A DNA stretch of 62,962 nucleotides, filler included, from Lenisia limosa (taxonomy: Eukaryota; Protista; Breviatea), in assembly GCA_001655205.1 (NCBI GenBank). It is 7 parts of 7 records of this genome, joined end to end, with 100 filler letters (N's around TTAATTAATTAA, not from the genome) between each part and the next. Parts side by side here need not be neighbours in the genome. Positions count along the whole stretch, not along the records: positions 1 to 27,804 come from LPNZ01008486.1; 6 more parts are not named here. The stretch is one strand, 5' to 3'. Below are positions 1-12,700 of this stretch, in pieces. Both the position numbers and the translations under genes were made by a program. The notes under the pieces were generated by a model, which worked only from the letters and a program-made list of their open reading frames with translations, was not told the origin of the DNA and did not search any database. Within the stretch, counting starts at the first letter, position 1, and each line of letters starts with the position of its first letter.

Positions 1-1863
1 TTCCTGGGAGGGGGGGGGGGAGGGTCAATAAATTGTCATCTTGGACTCGCTTGACCAAACAGTTGCCACAAAAAAAACAGCCTAGTATGCATGCAAGATT
101 CTTGTGTACAATCTTAACATCATTTTAGTTTACCAAATAGCTATAATATTACAAACACAATGGTAACAGTAAATATTGTCAAATAGGGATGAAAATACAT
201 TTCTACATACTAGTATATGAAGTAGTTACCTTTTTTTCAACATTTAGAACCACAGTTATTGACATTATCATTTATTATTACTGATGGAATTTGCGCATGA
301 TCAATGATACCGTCTCTTCCATTCCCACAATCGCATTCCCATGTCTTCTTCCGCCACCATGATGTATGATGACCTTGAAGGGAAAATTAGCTAATAACCT
401 CAAGACATTTTTTCCGAAGATTATCTTCTACTTAGGAAACGGGTTCTTATTAAGTCGAAAAACAGGCACCTGAGAGAGGAGTTAGCATCACAACTTCAAG
501 ACATCACAAAGTTTACTTGCAGTCTTCATTACCTCAAGAGAAAAAGTCAAGCCTCGAAATTGATGCCGATGAGTACTGTCTTCTTTAAGAAGTCTGTGCC
601 AACTCCAAGCGTAAGGCCTTCTGCAAGAAGCGCATAAAGCTCAATTTATCATAGGAGTCCGTGTTTGCGGGGTTCTATTTTCCACCATGACATTTATTTC
701 CACCCCAACATATGATATGTATTATCTTATGATATATGATATGTATTTTCTGATGCATTGTTGTTTTGTGTTTCCCCTCTGACATACTTTATCATTACTA
801 AGCTCAGAATGCTATACTGCTACATCATCCATAGATAGGTTACTGGCACGGTTTCAGGAAACGCAGATGATGATCAAGGTGCAGGTAAAAGAGGAAAGGA
901 GCATTCCTTCTTTGAAGCGTATTTTCACCTCGTTTATCATAGAAAACGGCCTCATCTTACAGTCCTCTCCTACCTATATTCCATCATCCCCTTCTTGGTC
1001 AGATCATGTGAAGAAAAGCGCGCACTACTGTGACGAATGGTAGAACATTGATGAGGCAAAGGTATTACAATAGTTTACTTTAAAGAAGTTGATGCAGGGC
1101 AAAGGAGGGTGGAAGGTGTAGTAGCTGAAGCACGACCCTTTCAAAAACAGGGGATCGGGAAGGACACACCCCTTACCTAAAACAAAACTGCCCTTTAAAG
1201 GGCTACAATCTCCCGGCCTGTATCAGATTTGTTTCAGTTTTGTGACATTCAATTTGGATTTTCACGTTTTTAGAAGCCAATTTCTAAAAAGAACACCCAA
1301 TTCGGATATAATCGGATTAAATACTCTTTGCATCATGCGGCCGTTCAAAATTCTGGTTTTTCGCTAACGAGATTCACTCTTTTTGAGAATAACAAATCGT
1401 GCTTATCTCGCAAAATTAGAAGTAAAATGACCTTGACTTTGTTTATCCTTCATTTTCGGATGATTTGTTTTCTACTGTATTTCAACAATCGGTTTCAAAT
1501 TCTTGTAAAATATTTGGGATAGTAGATAGCTCTAACTAAGTAGCCCACATTTTTAACTTTTAATCACTTTTGAAGCCTATTTGCTGATTGATAGGAATTT
1601 TAAGGACGGATACTGAATAACAAAAAAATATACTATAAAACATAAACAAGAAATACATGATGGTTGCTAAGCTGGCTGCGATTTAAGTGGCCATGACGGC
1701 AGTTGCCAAGAAGGCGGCCCCGGCACCTCCTCAGAGAGGATGACCAAAACACTTCAAGACGCTTCCCCGACATGTCTATTGCTCCACCGTCTATCTTGTT
1801 CCCCGTCTGCAACTCCAACCAAATATGGACTCTCTTCCAGTAACAACAATTGAATAAAAGAAA

Positions 1864-3244
1864 CTACCAGAAGTCATCTTCGTCAAGATCACTTTCAGGA
1901 GAGAGTGCAACAAAATCAACTCTATATCTTAGAAGTCCTCCGATTCCTCCAAAACCCTTGCAGAATTGAGACCCTTCTTGAGACCTATCAGAAATGAACT
2001 CAAGTGATGACCCAAAAGATTTATAATTATTAGCAAACCACTCAAGCAATGGTTGGCACTCTTGAAGCTCAAGAGTAACCCCAGATTCTTCATCAATGAG
2101 AGATTCTGGGGTAAACGAAGAAGGATCCAAAGTTTTGATAATGTCTTTTCCTAAAAGAGGATCTCTCAGCACATATCTCTGAGTTTGTAAATTTTCCCAG
2201 CATATTAGGACTTCAACTGCCCCCAGCTCTAATGCTTGTAAAGTGTCTTTAACACCAAAACAATATTTTCCAGTGTCTTGAGAAATTTGGTCAAAAAAGC
2301 ATCCCAATAATTTTTTTTCTTGAATAAATTTAACGTTTCCAAGAGTTTCTGATGACAACTCGATAGCCTGATTAAAACCATTTTCTGATTAAAAAAAAAA
2401 AACTGTCAAACCCCCACCATACGACACGTCAACCATTTTTAATACGATTCCGAATAAACGTGGATCAAACATTCCACTTTGCGATAAAACTGTTTTAAAG
2501 TCTGCACTACCAGCAAGAACAAGACCAACAATATTGGGCAAGTTATGAAAACAAATAAACTTTATCATTCGAGATAAAAAATTGAGTCGCTAACTCAGCA
2601 ACTTTACGAACATAATTATGCCTTTTCTCCATTCGTAATCTCGCAAACCTAACAGCAGATTGTCCACCCCGCCCATGCTTTTTTGGTAGTTCAACTGATA
2701 TTTTATGAAGCACTGCCCGAGTATTGCCAGACAAAGTAGCAAATAGACATCCATTTCCATCCATTACAATAAAGCCGAATTTTTGATCAGACACCAATAA
2801 TTCATTGAGAGGTCATAATTAAAAGAACTACACAACTCTGTATGAAACTTGTTATCACAAAGATATAGGCTAGTATTCACTGGCTTAAATGGTTCCAAGT
2901 CAATATTGACTTTCTTTTCTTTACCTTCTTCGGAAATTACCGTACCACAATAAATAACAAGTCCATTAGTTGGTACACGATGGTATAATTTTAATTTTTG
3001 CTGCGTTGAGGTGATTGCTGATAGCACTGAGAGCCTATTCACTCGATTTTTAATATGGGAGGCAGTACCATATTCTTCTGCCAACATTTTTGCCACTCTA
3101 GAAATTTGGTCCTTTGGGGGTATTATAAGGGATATCATGGATGTTCCATTTCTCAATAAAAAAGTAAATGTACCCTCTTGCAGCTTGCAAACTCTTGATC
3201 AGTTGCTTTATTTGCCACTGTTTCACAGAATTTTCACCTTCCAT
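1864..3244 (-). CDS. eRF1: Eukaryotic peptide chain release factor 1; 5 exons (3244-3174, 3151-2837, 2813-2561, 2538-2412, 2384-1864), 428 aa
   Basis: Spliced translation has ARG|[18 protein letters not shown]|[24 protein letters not shown]|[19 protein letters not shown]|[27 protein letters not shown], acidic tail then TAG. Introns are 22, 23, 22 and 27 nt; exon sum 1287 nt is divisible by 3. Confidence 0.97.
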
Positions 3245-3359
3245 TTTCCTTGATTGTCCCCAGGTACCAGTTCCCAGTTGGTTTTGGTCAAATTTGGTTT
3301 CCAAATAGAGGTTCCAAGGGAAAAAAAATAAAAAATTCCCCAAAAAGATTGGTTGTTCA

Positions 3360-3426
3360 TTCATGGAGGTAAAGTAATATCGTAGATGGGGGTCTGACCA
3401 TATAGACTGAATCCGCTAAAGACTCC
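3360..3426 (-). repeat. 57-bp element, copy upstream of eRF1
   Basis: Reverse complement matches 6599-6655 at 56/57 positions. Confidence 0.9.
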
Positions 3427-3429
3427 GGA

Positions 3430-4390
3430 TACATCCGTGAATTTGGGGAATAATTTCTTCTCAAAGTTTCCGTTTGAGTTGTATTGGAGGCGAGTTTTGC
3501 CTTTTTGCGCACCTTACAGATATATCATAACACACAACAAAGGAGTATTCGATTATATATTTGAACCAGATATTTGAAAAGTATGCAACCTCAAGGGAAT
3601 GCAGCTTACAACATCATTCAAACACAAAGCCTTACATACAAGTTAAACATTCAATCATCTTGACCACCCACATCCTTGTCAAGTATATCAATATCGGCAC
3701 CCATCTCCTTGAGGTACTTCATAATATGCAAGTAGCCATATACAGCGGCATATCCGAGGGGTGTTCTTCCCTGTTTTAAAAGGTCAGTCAATGAGACATA
3801 TATGCATGCATACAGCGGATATGGGGGAAATTTACTTTTTATTGAACCTTGACCACCCACAATTTTTTTATTAGCTATGTATATAAATATCGGGACCCTT
3901 CTCAATCAGATACTTCACGAGATCCAGGTTGCCTCCTTCAACAGCAAATCCGAAAAGTGTTCTCCCCTATTTAATGAAGGTCCACCAAATGATGGATCAA
4001 ATAATGACAGGAAACAAAAGTTTGAAAATAATTGCATACGAAATGTAGCTTAGAAAAACGCAATCACAAAGGCATACAACACACAGGTTAAATTTACTCA
4101 ATACCATCAAGACCACCCACATGTGCATCAGTTTTTCCAATATCGGCACCATTCTCAATGAGGTACTTTAACATATCAAAGTGACCACATTTAGCGGCAT
4201 AACTTGGTGGTGTAAATCTCTGGTAAATTAAGGTCAGCCAATGAAGAGTGCAATGATTCAGTACCAAAGGCTTGAATTGAACAGAATATCACAAACACAA
4301 AGGCATACAACACACCTGTTGAGTATTTATTACCATTGTGACCACCAACATACAGCAGCTTTTAAAAATGAGCTGGGCCCTTCATGGAAG
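3430..4390 (-). CDS. Ankyrin-repeat protein, multi-exon (boundaries approximate)
   Basis: Three ankyrin-like exons: GRTPLGYAAVYGYLHIMKYLKEMGADID, GRTLFGFAVEEGNLDLVKYLIEKGPDI, FTPPSYAAKCGHFDMLKYLIENGADIG. Each is followed by a similar gtgggtggtc donor-like segment, i.e. tandem exon-intron duplication. Confidence 0.6.
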
Positions 4391-5829
4391 GACAAAGACT
4401 TGGACTGGACCCTAGATAGATTGCCTAATTTGTCGAATTTTGACTGGATTTTGAGTGGTTTTCTTCGCTAAGCTAACGAGACCTTTCCTAAGTGGAGGCC
4501 ACGAGTTTAGCGGAACGATGTGAAGGAAACGAGTGACCGTAGCAACGGAAAGGTCGAGTTAGCGGAGCAGAAGAAGACCAATCGGGCAAGTTTATGTGGG
4601 AATTCGCTTGGAAATAACTGAATTTACAAGGAAAACTACGTTAACGGCTAGGAGCACAAGTTTACACTGGTCGGTGAAAGTATCAAATTCTTTCTCTCAC
4701 ANNNNNNNNNNNNNNNNNNNNNNNNNNNNNNNNNNNNNNNNNNNNNNNNNNNNNNNNNNNNNNNNNNNNNNNNNNNNNNNNNNNNNNNNNNNNNNNNNNN
4801 NNNNNNNNNNNNNNNNNNNNNNNNNNNNTTCTGAGTGCCCCCAGTAGTCAGTAAGAGTAGTCTTCTGTTCGGAACTCAGACTCGGCAATGGCCTTATCAC
4901 CCGTTAAAGCAGCCTGGTATTGGATGGTGGTAACCAATAATCAATATTTGATAATTGTACCAAACAACGTGACCGTCTTCGCTGAGACTTTGTTTGAATT
5001 CTTGGTGTCAATAATCTGGCATGATCATGCGCGAGGTCTATTGTGTCCTAAGCAGTAAGCGTCCTTGATCAAAGTTTGTTTGCCTCCTTACTTCGGCAGG
5101 TAATTCGACATTGACTTGCTGTATTTATCGAATATTGGAGCGTATTCAGTCTAACAAAAATTTTTTTGGGGATGCTTTTGTTTGTTCTCAAATAAAAGAA
5201 GATCTGTTGATCTCTGGAACTGACTGGATTGGATGGAGATCATTTTGAGATCAAAGTCTCTGTCAGATATTTCTGTCAAATATAGTGCTGTATTTAAACC
5301 TTTTTATCGTATTGTATAAGCATATATACTCTAGAGGTAACTCCTGGCTTCTTTGGAAGCTGCCACCTATATCAATGCAAATAATATATTATATGATCTA
5401 TATCATAGCGACAGGGGGGCGGGGAAACCTCGACAGGGGGGGGAACCTCAACTATCTTTTTAATTTGGGAAATTGAAATAAAAAGGGGGAGGGGTATTAT
5501 GTGTTTCATAAATAATACAGACATTACATAGTATTACTAATACGTCATATCAGCTTTGTCAAGGCTTTAAGGCCAAGCTATATCAAAACACAAAAAAATG
5601 GCTAGCGAGACTTCTTTTTTCCTAGAGAAGTGAGGTTTTTCAAATGTCTTTTGAGAGCACAAGGTATATGACAGTTTAATCTCAACAACAAATAAACACC
5701 AACATACCACGGCGAGGCTTATCGACGGAAACTCTCTCGAAATTCAACGAGTTTTTGCTAGTGGTGTAAGGATAGACCAAACTGGTAATGGAAGAAATGC
5801 AAAAAAGGGACAATTAGAAGAAAGTACAA

Positions 5830-6396
5830 CTAACCCTGAGGTTTTTGTTGCTTTTGGCGCTTTTGACGCGTTTCATCTTCAGCTTCTATATCATGACTGG
5901 AATTAAAGAGCCAAAAAGTAGCTACAACCACATCCCTGCAATAGTAAGTAGCCTCTTCCAGTTGACGGCGCCTCTCGTTTTCAGCAGCCTCCACTTCTTG
6001 AAGGAGCCTGGCCTTATAGTGGTCAATGGTAGAGGGAGTGACGTTAACGCGCTTCTTTTTAGGAGAAATTGTCTCGTAGATGGTCATGGGGGCAAACTTG
6101 ATACAGCTGCAGTTGGCGTCACGGTCGGTGAGGAAAAGGTTAGCAGCACGGTACTTTGCAACTTCTACCCAAGCGTCTTTGGCAACGGCAGCGTCCTCAT
6201 TCTCCTTGGCAATCTCAATCAAGGAAACGAGCTCGAGGGTGTTCAGAATGAAGGAATAAAGGGCAGTTTCAGTAGGTGGCAAAGTGGCTTGGGTGAAGTG
6301 AACTGTTCCAGGAAGGTGGATGGCAAGGCGGGAAGGGTCAACTGAGTGGCCACTTTCAACAGTGACAACAAGACCTCCAGCAGCGAAAGGAAGCAA
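5830..6396 (-). CDS. Unidentified ORF/exon(s), head-to-head with AP-3 mu
   Basis: 188-codon open frame with charged segments (EVEAAENERRRQLEE; SPKKKR). No family recognised; start not defined. Confidence 0.35.
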   Translation of the reverse strand: MLPFAAGGLVVTVESGHSVDPSRLAIHLPGTVHFTQATLPPTETALYSFILNTLELVSLIEIAKENEDAAVAKDAWVEVAKYRAANLFLTDRDANCSCIKFAPMTIYETISPKKKRVNVTPSTIDHYKARLLQEVEAAENERRRQLEEATYYCRDVVVATFWLFNSSHDIEAEDETRQKRQKQQKPQG

Positions 6397-6590
6397 ATGT
6401 TTGTAATAATTGCAGATAGGGAAATGTCAATATCATAAGCTTTTGGGATAATATGTTTATGGAAGCTATGATATGGTTCAAATAACCTGTTTCCTGAAAT
6501 ATATATACCTAATTATTCTGGGGGATACAAGACGCAGTAAATTTATTCTTTGTATTTTTACCTGGGCACAAACTAGATTCAGCCAATTCA

Positions 6591-6655
6591 GGAGTTTGGC
6601 GGATTCAGTCAATATGGTCAGACCCCCATCTACGATATTACTTTACCTCCATGAA
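6591..6655 (+). repeat. 57-bp element, copy upstream of AP-3 mu
   Basis: gcggattcagtcaatatggtcagacccccatctacgatattactttacctccatgaa, matching the inverted copy at 3360-3416. Confidence 0.9.
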
Positions 6656-6732
6656 GATTGGAGCTTGGGATCTGGATGGGATTTGGGTCATGGATTGAGG
6701 CACAAGGTGGGTACAAGGGTTTAAGAGAAAGA

Positions 6733-9700
6733 ATGGAGTCTTTTTTCATGTTTAGCAACACAGGGTCTTAGTTTTTCTTGATCAGAGTTCCAATTTTTGA
6801 GAGGCAGTGGAGGTCACATATACCTAAATCAGCACTGTTTACTATTTGGGATTCGTTTAAGGATAGCGTTATTAGGAACAAGTCTTCCCAATTTCAAGTG
6901 TCTCAAAACACTGTTTTATATATGAAAGAGGCAGATATTATTATATTTGCTGTTTTTTCTTTGGAAGCCCAACCTCTTCTGTACCTTGAATTTCTGAATA
7001 GAGTGGTTTGTTTCATTTGTTGAAGTGATTTCAATCAGGTTGAAGTATTGAAAAAGTTCTTTAATGTGACAGAGGAGTCTGTTAAATCAAATTTCCAAAC
7101 AGTGTATCAGGTTGTTGTTGTTTCTCCCCCATAGTAATCTATGTTTTGTGAATCATAGATGCTTTCAATTTTAATTTTTTACAAAGAGGGTTTTATAAAA
7201 TCATACTTTCAGCAAACCAGGTACGCTGGGGAGGCATGCAGAAAGCGGTGTACAGAGATGCATGGTAATGATTACGCTGTCATGTTTTATTTCTCATTCC
7301 TTGGTTTGAAATATCTTGTGGGCGATCTTTCGGTCAGAGCTCGTTTTACCTGTTTCGAGCTTTTTCTTTCCCAAGTTTATAAGTTAAAAATACTAAAGGC
7401 ATGTATGAGAGCAGCCTTTTTTTTTCATGTCTTTAGAGTTGTGCTCCCTCGATAAATGTACCGCAATAATACGGATATCCTCGACCAACCCAGGCTTTCT
7501 GAACTTTTCAAAGGCAGCATCCAGGAAGATTATAGTTAATGATTATGTTTGGCTTCATAGTGACGAACAAAGCTAAAGCAACCAACTTCCTTCAACTTGT
7601 TCATCTGCTTCGGTCCGTTGGTAAAGATTGAAGGGAGGACTTTTTTTTTCAGCCTTTCAAAGATGGCTTCGTATGATCTTTTTTGCAAATGCTTGCGTCA
7701 ATTTTGATTTGAAAGATGGCTAATAAATATGTAAATACAAAACAGAAGTAATTATCTGTCTGATGGGTAACTGGCCTCTCAGCAAAAATAAACGTGGTGG
7801 CATTGATGTGAGAGCGTGACCTCAACTGACGAGAGGTCTTACATTCGCCTATGCAAGTGCATTGACAAAACTCCAAGATGAAAATTTGCTTTAAATATGC
7901 GTTCAAAACTTCTCTAGAATATGCTGGGAAGATGCATCATATTAAGAGTCCAGTGAAAATATTGTGAGGTTGAAAATTCCAGATGTATATTTATTTGCAA
8001 TCTCTCTGAAAATCATTTCAAAGAACAAATTTTATTGCATCTAATTTCTTGGAAAATTGAATTGCGCAGACTTAAGTTGTGGTAAACAGTTGCTCTATCC
8101 GAGATCAGTTTAGCTCATGAAACCTAAACACTATCTTGACTCTGCTTCACAATGAAGTTTACCATGTCGAATGTTTTTTGGAGGTTTTTCGGTTTTCACT
8201 CGGCAGTACCTCGTTTGTCCCTCAGAACCTCCTTAAACCAACCTCAAACTATATGATACACTATCTTTAATAAAGAAACAAATAAATGCACAGGGAAACA
8301 CAAACATACCTTACTGACGCATGATTTACTATATGCAGCCGTTCAAAATTCTGGTTTTTTCGGTCATTGTGGTTTCAGGTTACTCTGCCTTTTTTTAAAA
8401 CCGCGAACATGATAAAAACCGCGAACAAAAACTGTGGGTTTCCCCTCAATTTTGGACAAGAGATTCCTTGTTAACCCTGCTTTTACTATTTTCACTAATT
8501 TTCGCCCTTTAGGAAAAGACATTATCAATGAGAGATTCTGGGGTAAACGAAGAAGGATCCAAAGTTTTGATAATGTCTTTTCCAAAATACTACCTTCAGA
8601 GTATCTCATTATTTCTTTCAAAACACATCAAAAACACGGAATATGGACTGATGTAGCATATACTTCGATTTGAAGATTTTTTCCATTTAGCTTCATTATA
8701 TTGGCTGACATGGAAAATTCTTCCAAAAAACTGTTACAAAAGTTAGCTTAAATATCTTTTAACCACTGTATTGTCTCTAGAAATGGACTTCAGATTCGAA
8801 TTCTCTTTAAATCTGCGTTTCTATAGTGGGACACTTTATTATGCCCAGGTGCTATTATTTTGTAAGAGGGGGTTTTCAAAAATTATTTTGGACCTCGGCC
8901 CGGTTCGAATCAGATCACGAGATCTTTTTTTATATCTTCTCTTTTTTTGTCTTTTTTTTTATGTTACTGATGATCCTATCCTCGAAACTGTCGATTTTTC
9001 CACTAAAAAGGGTGTTATTGAAGGGATTTTTCAAGATATTTGGCTTGTTCGCACCAACCTATAATTATGTAAAATTTTGGACCCTTGAATTGAGTTTAAT
9101 TTAAAATCTGTTGCTTTTTTTTTTTTTGTTTTTTGTGTGTGTATTTTTTCTGGGGTTTTGGGATTCATTGTGTAATTGTTTTTAGGTTATTGATGAAATG
9201 GTCGATGATGGTTACCCTTTGTCAACTGAGATTGCACTTTTGCAAGATTTGGTAACGACTACTTCATATTTAAATAAAGCGCTTGAAGGTATGAATGTTC
9301 AAAGGAAGGTTTTCCCGTTGTTTTTAATTTGCTTCCTGAGAACACCTTGTCTTTTATTCCTTGGCGAAAAACTGATATTAAGCACAGCTCCAATGAAATC
9401 TATATTGATGTTATTGAAGAAATTGATTCAATTACTAATATCTCAGGAGTTTCTTCCACAACAATACATGGAAAAATCAAGGTAATGTGCCTTTTTATGG
9501 TGTTTTAGCACCTCTTTAGCACTTGAATTTTTTAATTATTACTTGAGGATAATATATATTTTTTGTAATATATCAGAGTTATACTATATGATATATACTT
9601 TTTTATTTGATATGATATAATATATGTACATATACTATATGATATAATATAGTTAACCGAATAATTCGTTGGATAAATTTTTTTATTGTGTACAAGTCTA

Positions 9701-12700
9701 TTAAAGTCATTTTTTTTCAACGGCAAATTGAAGCTCATATTGTATAATATATCCCCCCCCCCTTTTTTTTGGGGGTTTGGGCAAAAATAAATGTATATTT
9801 TTTGTGGGCATAAAAACAAGAAAAAATCAGCTTTCAAAATCTATCGATTTTGCTTCACGCAGACTTAAAACAGCTTAGAGAGCTTCTCAGCAGTTTGCGT
9901 GGAGAGTAGAGAAGACATGGGTCGGAAGTTAGACAAACCACTCCTCATTTAAGGTGGTGGTTCCACCTTCCACAACTCACCATTTCAGGAGAATTATTCT
10001 AATTATACACCTTTTGAAAATATTTGAAATCCCAAGAGGCAAATAATTGTTGAGAATTGAAGGCAAGATATGAGTAGACTAAAAATGAGCAAGATAAAAA
10101 TTGTGAGAAGCTCTCAATTCCAAACCTGTCAGTTGATAACTGGTTAAATTAAATTGTATAATAATTGACGGGAAAAGGACAGTAAATTCAGTGTCGACTT
10201 GTTTCTCTGGGAGATCTGGTGTCAATGAAGACCAACTGCCATATCGGTGTATTTAGCTTTTTTTTAGAGCAGAGCTGCACTAAGAAGTACTGCAAAAGTG
10301 TTCCATTACCCTTCCTCTTGTAAGTTTTCTTTTATGGGTTCTCTTCTCACCTTTTAGCTCCCTCCACCCCCTATTGGTATTGCCTTGTCTGTCGTTCTCT
10401 CCGGTGAGCTTTTTTATGTGTTGTTATTGACCTAATATTTGTGTTTGTTTTATCTTACTCTCTTCAGGAACACCTTTCCATGCCTTTGAGATGAACCAGG
10501 TTCTGAAAGGAGTACCCGCCATCTCCAAGTCCACCTTCAATCGCAAGTTGAAGGAGGTGATTCTCCCCAATCTTCGCGAGGTAAATATTTATTTCAAAAA
10601 TGTTCCATATCCTCATTAATGAGGCCTGGATTTACCACATTACGGAAATGGACCGCGAGCTGAAGCAGCAGCCCCGCTTCCCCATCTGCTATGATGGCCG
10701 ATACTCTAAGGTTTGTGAGACTGCTTTGTGGTGAGAATTTCCGTTTAGTGCCCAACTCTTTGGGTTCGGTGAGCGTCGCTATGGCGGACAGCAAGGTCAT
10801 TGGCCTGGGAATCTAGACCCGTAAGAAGCCCTCAGGACATGAAAACTCTGAGAAATATTAGCTCCCGTTTTTTATTATTTACCTCAAAGGAAAGTCCCAC
10901 GACCTGAGCCATAGCTGTCACACTCAGCGACCTCTCTGCCAAGGACCTGGATCCTGTCGGGACTGCCAACCTCTTCAAGGACTTGTGCTTCAGAGGCTTC
11001 TTGGCCGATCTGATTGTGGGTTATTCGTTCTTTTTATTTTTCAGATGCAAGAAGGTCAATTATATTTGGACAGAAAACTTGATAATCACAATACCAACTA
11101 TGTCTATTTCTGCTTTTAGCCACCAGCTTCAAGACAATGACTCCGGTGCTTTTGCGTTTGTTGACGTGACTTCGAGCTCTCCGAGATGCTTTGCTGTCTC
11201 CACGTTCTTCGTTCTCTGCAAAAAGGGATCCTGAAGGCGTTTAAGGACGCGAAGGTCAAGAAGGCTGGTTGGATGGGGTATTTTAATTAATTATTGTTGA
11301 CATGGCAGCCCCCTTTTTTTTTTGGGGAGGGGGGGATTGTTCATCTCAACAAAAACACTAGACATTCATGCATTTTCAAACCTGTCAAGCCTGGATGACA
11401 TGAGTGATGGTGCGCTGACAATAGTTGGCAATGCGTTTGCCTACAAATCAGTCAATTAAATTGAAAAAACAAAAATAAAAGAGGAAATGTAAAACGCAAT
11501 CACATTTGTGGAAAAGTATTACAATTGGGTGTAGTCATTGAATAGGGCTGAGATGATCGCCGACATCCCTCACCATCTCCACGGCTCCCACCTCAAGGAC
11601 GACAAGGTCACCGAGCACACTCTGTGCAAGGACCTGCTCTACCAACATGGTGGAGGCCTTCAAATCTCTTGTGGGGGTACTATTATTTTCTTGAAATTCA
11701 ACTCTTACAAATTAGCTCATTCGTCTTCCGTCTGGAGGCCGGTATCGTTTTGTCAGCTGGTTATCAAAACAAGTCCTTCACCTTCATTTCTGACCTCTGT
11801 GACAGTTGGCGGGATGTATTCCTAGNNNNNNNNNNNNNNNNNNNNNNNNNNNNNNNNNNNNNNNNNNNNNNNNNNNNNNNNNNNNNNNNNNNNNNNNNNN
11901 NNNNNNNNNNNNNNNNNNNNNNNNNNNNNNNNNNNNNNNNNNNNNNNNNNNNNNNNNNNNNNNNNNNNNNNNNNNNNNNNNNNNNNNNNNNNNNNNNNNN
12001 NNNNNNNNNNNNNNTCTTTTTTTCTTTTTTTTGTGTGTGAGTTTTTCTTGTTAATCTCATCTCAAACATCAGGATAGAGAGTCCTGATGCAGACTTTAAC
12101 ACAGTCGGGCAGAACAATACGACGAGTAATCAAACCTAAATACATGGCTACTGCCCGATAAGCGTTGGTGAAGGCGTGGTCATTTCAGCAACAAGTCACG
12201 GTTTCGACACCAGTCCTGTTGTTTGCTACAATAGAAAAAGAACATACAGACAAATGAGAGAGCTAAAATGAAGAAAATAATAACGTTAAACGATAGAAAT
12301 TTTGGAAAGAAATAGAAAGTAGATGAAAAATCCATTTTAACCTCACATACTACGCCTAAAAACTCTTTGCTTACCTTCAGTATCCTTAAGCTCAAGGAAG
12401 AACGGCTCCTCAAGGACAGCCTGCCATACAGCCTCAATGAGGTCGGCGTCTCTGACGATGATGTGGTTAGCATCAACGTCAGTAACACCTTCCTTACCAA
12501 AGAGGCTGGCTGTTGGCGCAGAACAGGTATATCATCTCCATTTGAGTTGAATTCCTCGTGTCTCCGTCACCTTCCCCTTTTAGAGCGTCAAGGACTTTCT
12601 TTTGCAAGACAATTTTGGGCCAATAGAATCAAATAAAAAATGACCGTTCATCTCGTGTATACAGTCTGATTGCTCATATCCACTCGTCGCATATTTGCGG

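Noticed and set aside
280-1140. Coding-like plus-strand stretches at the window start
   Set aside because: Stops in all frames and no motif I could assign; possibly a decayed TE.
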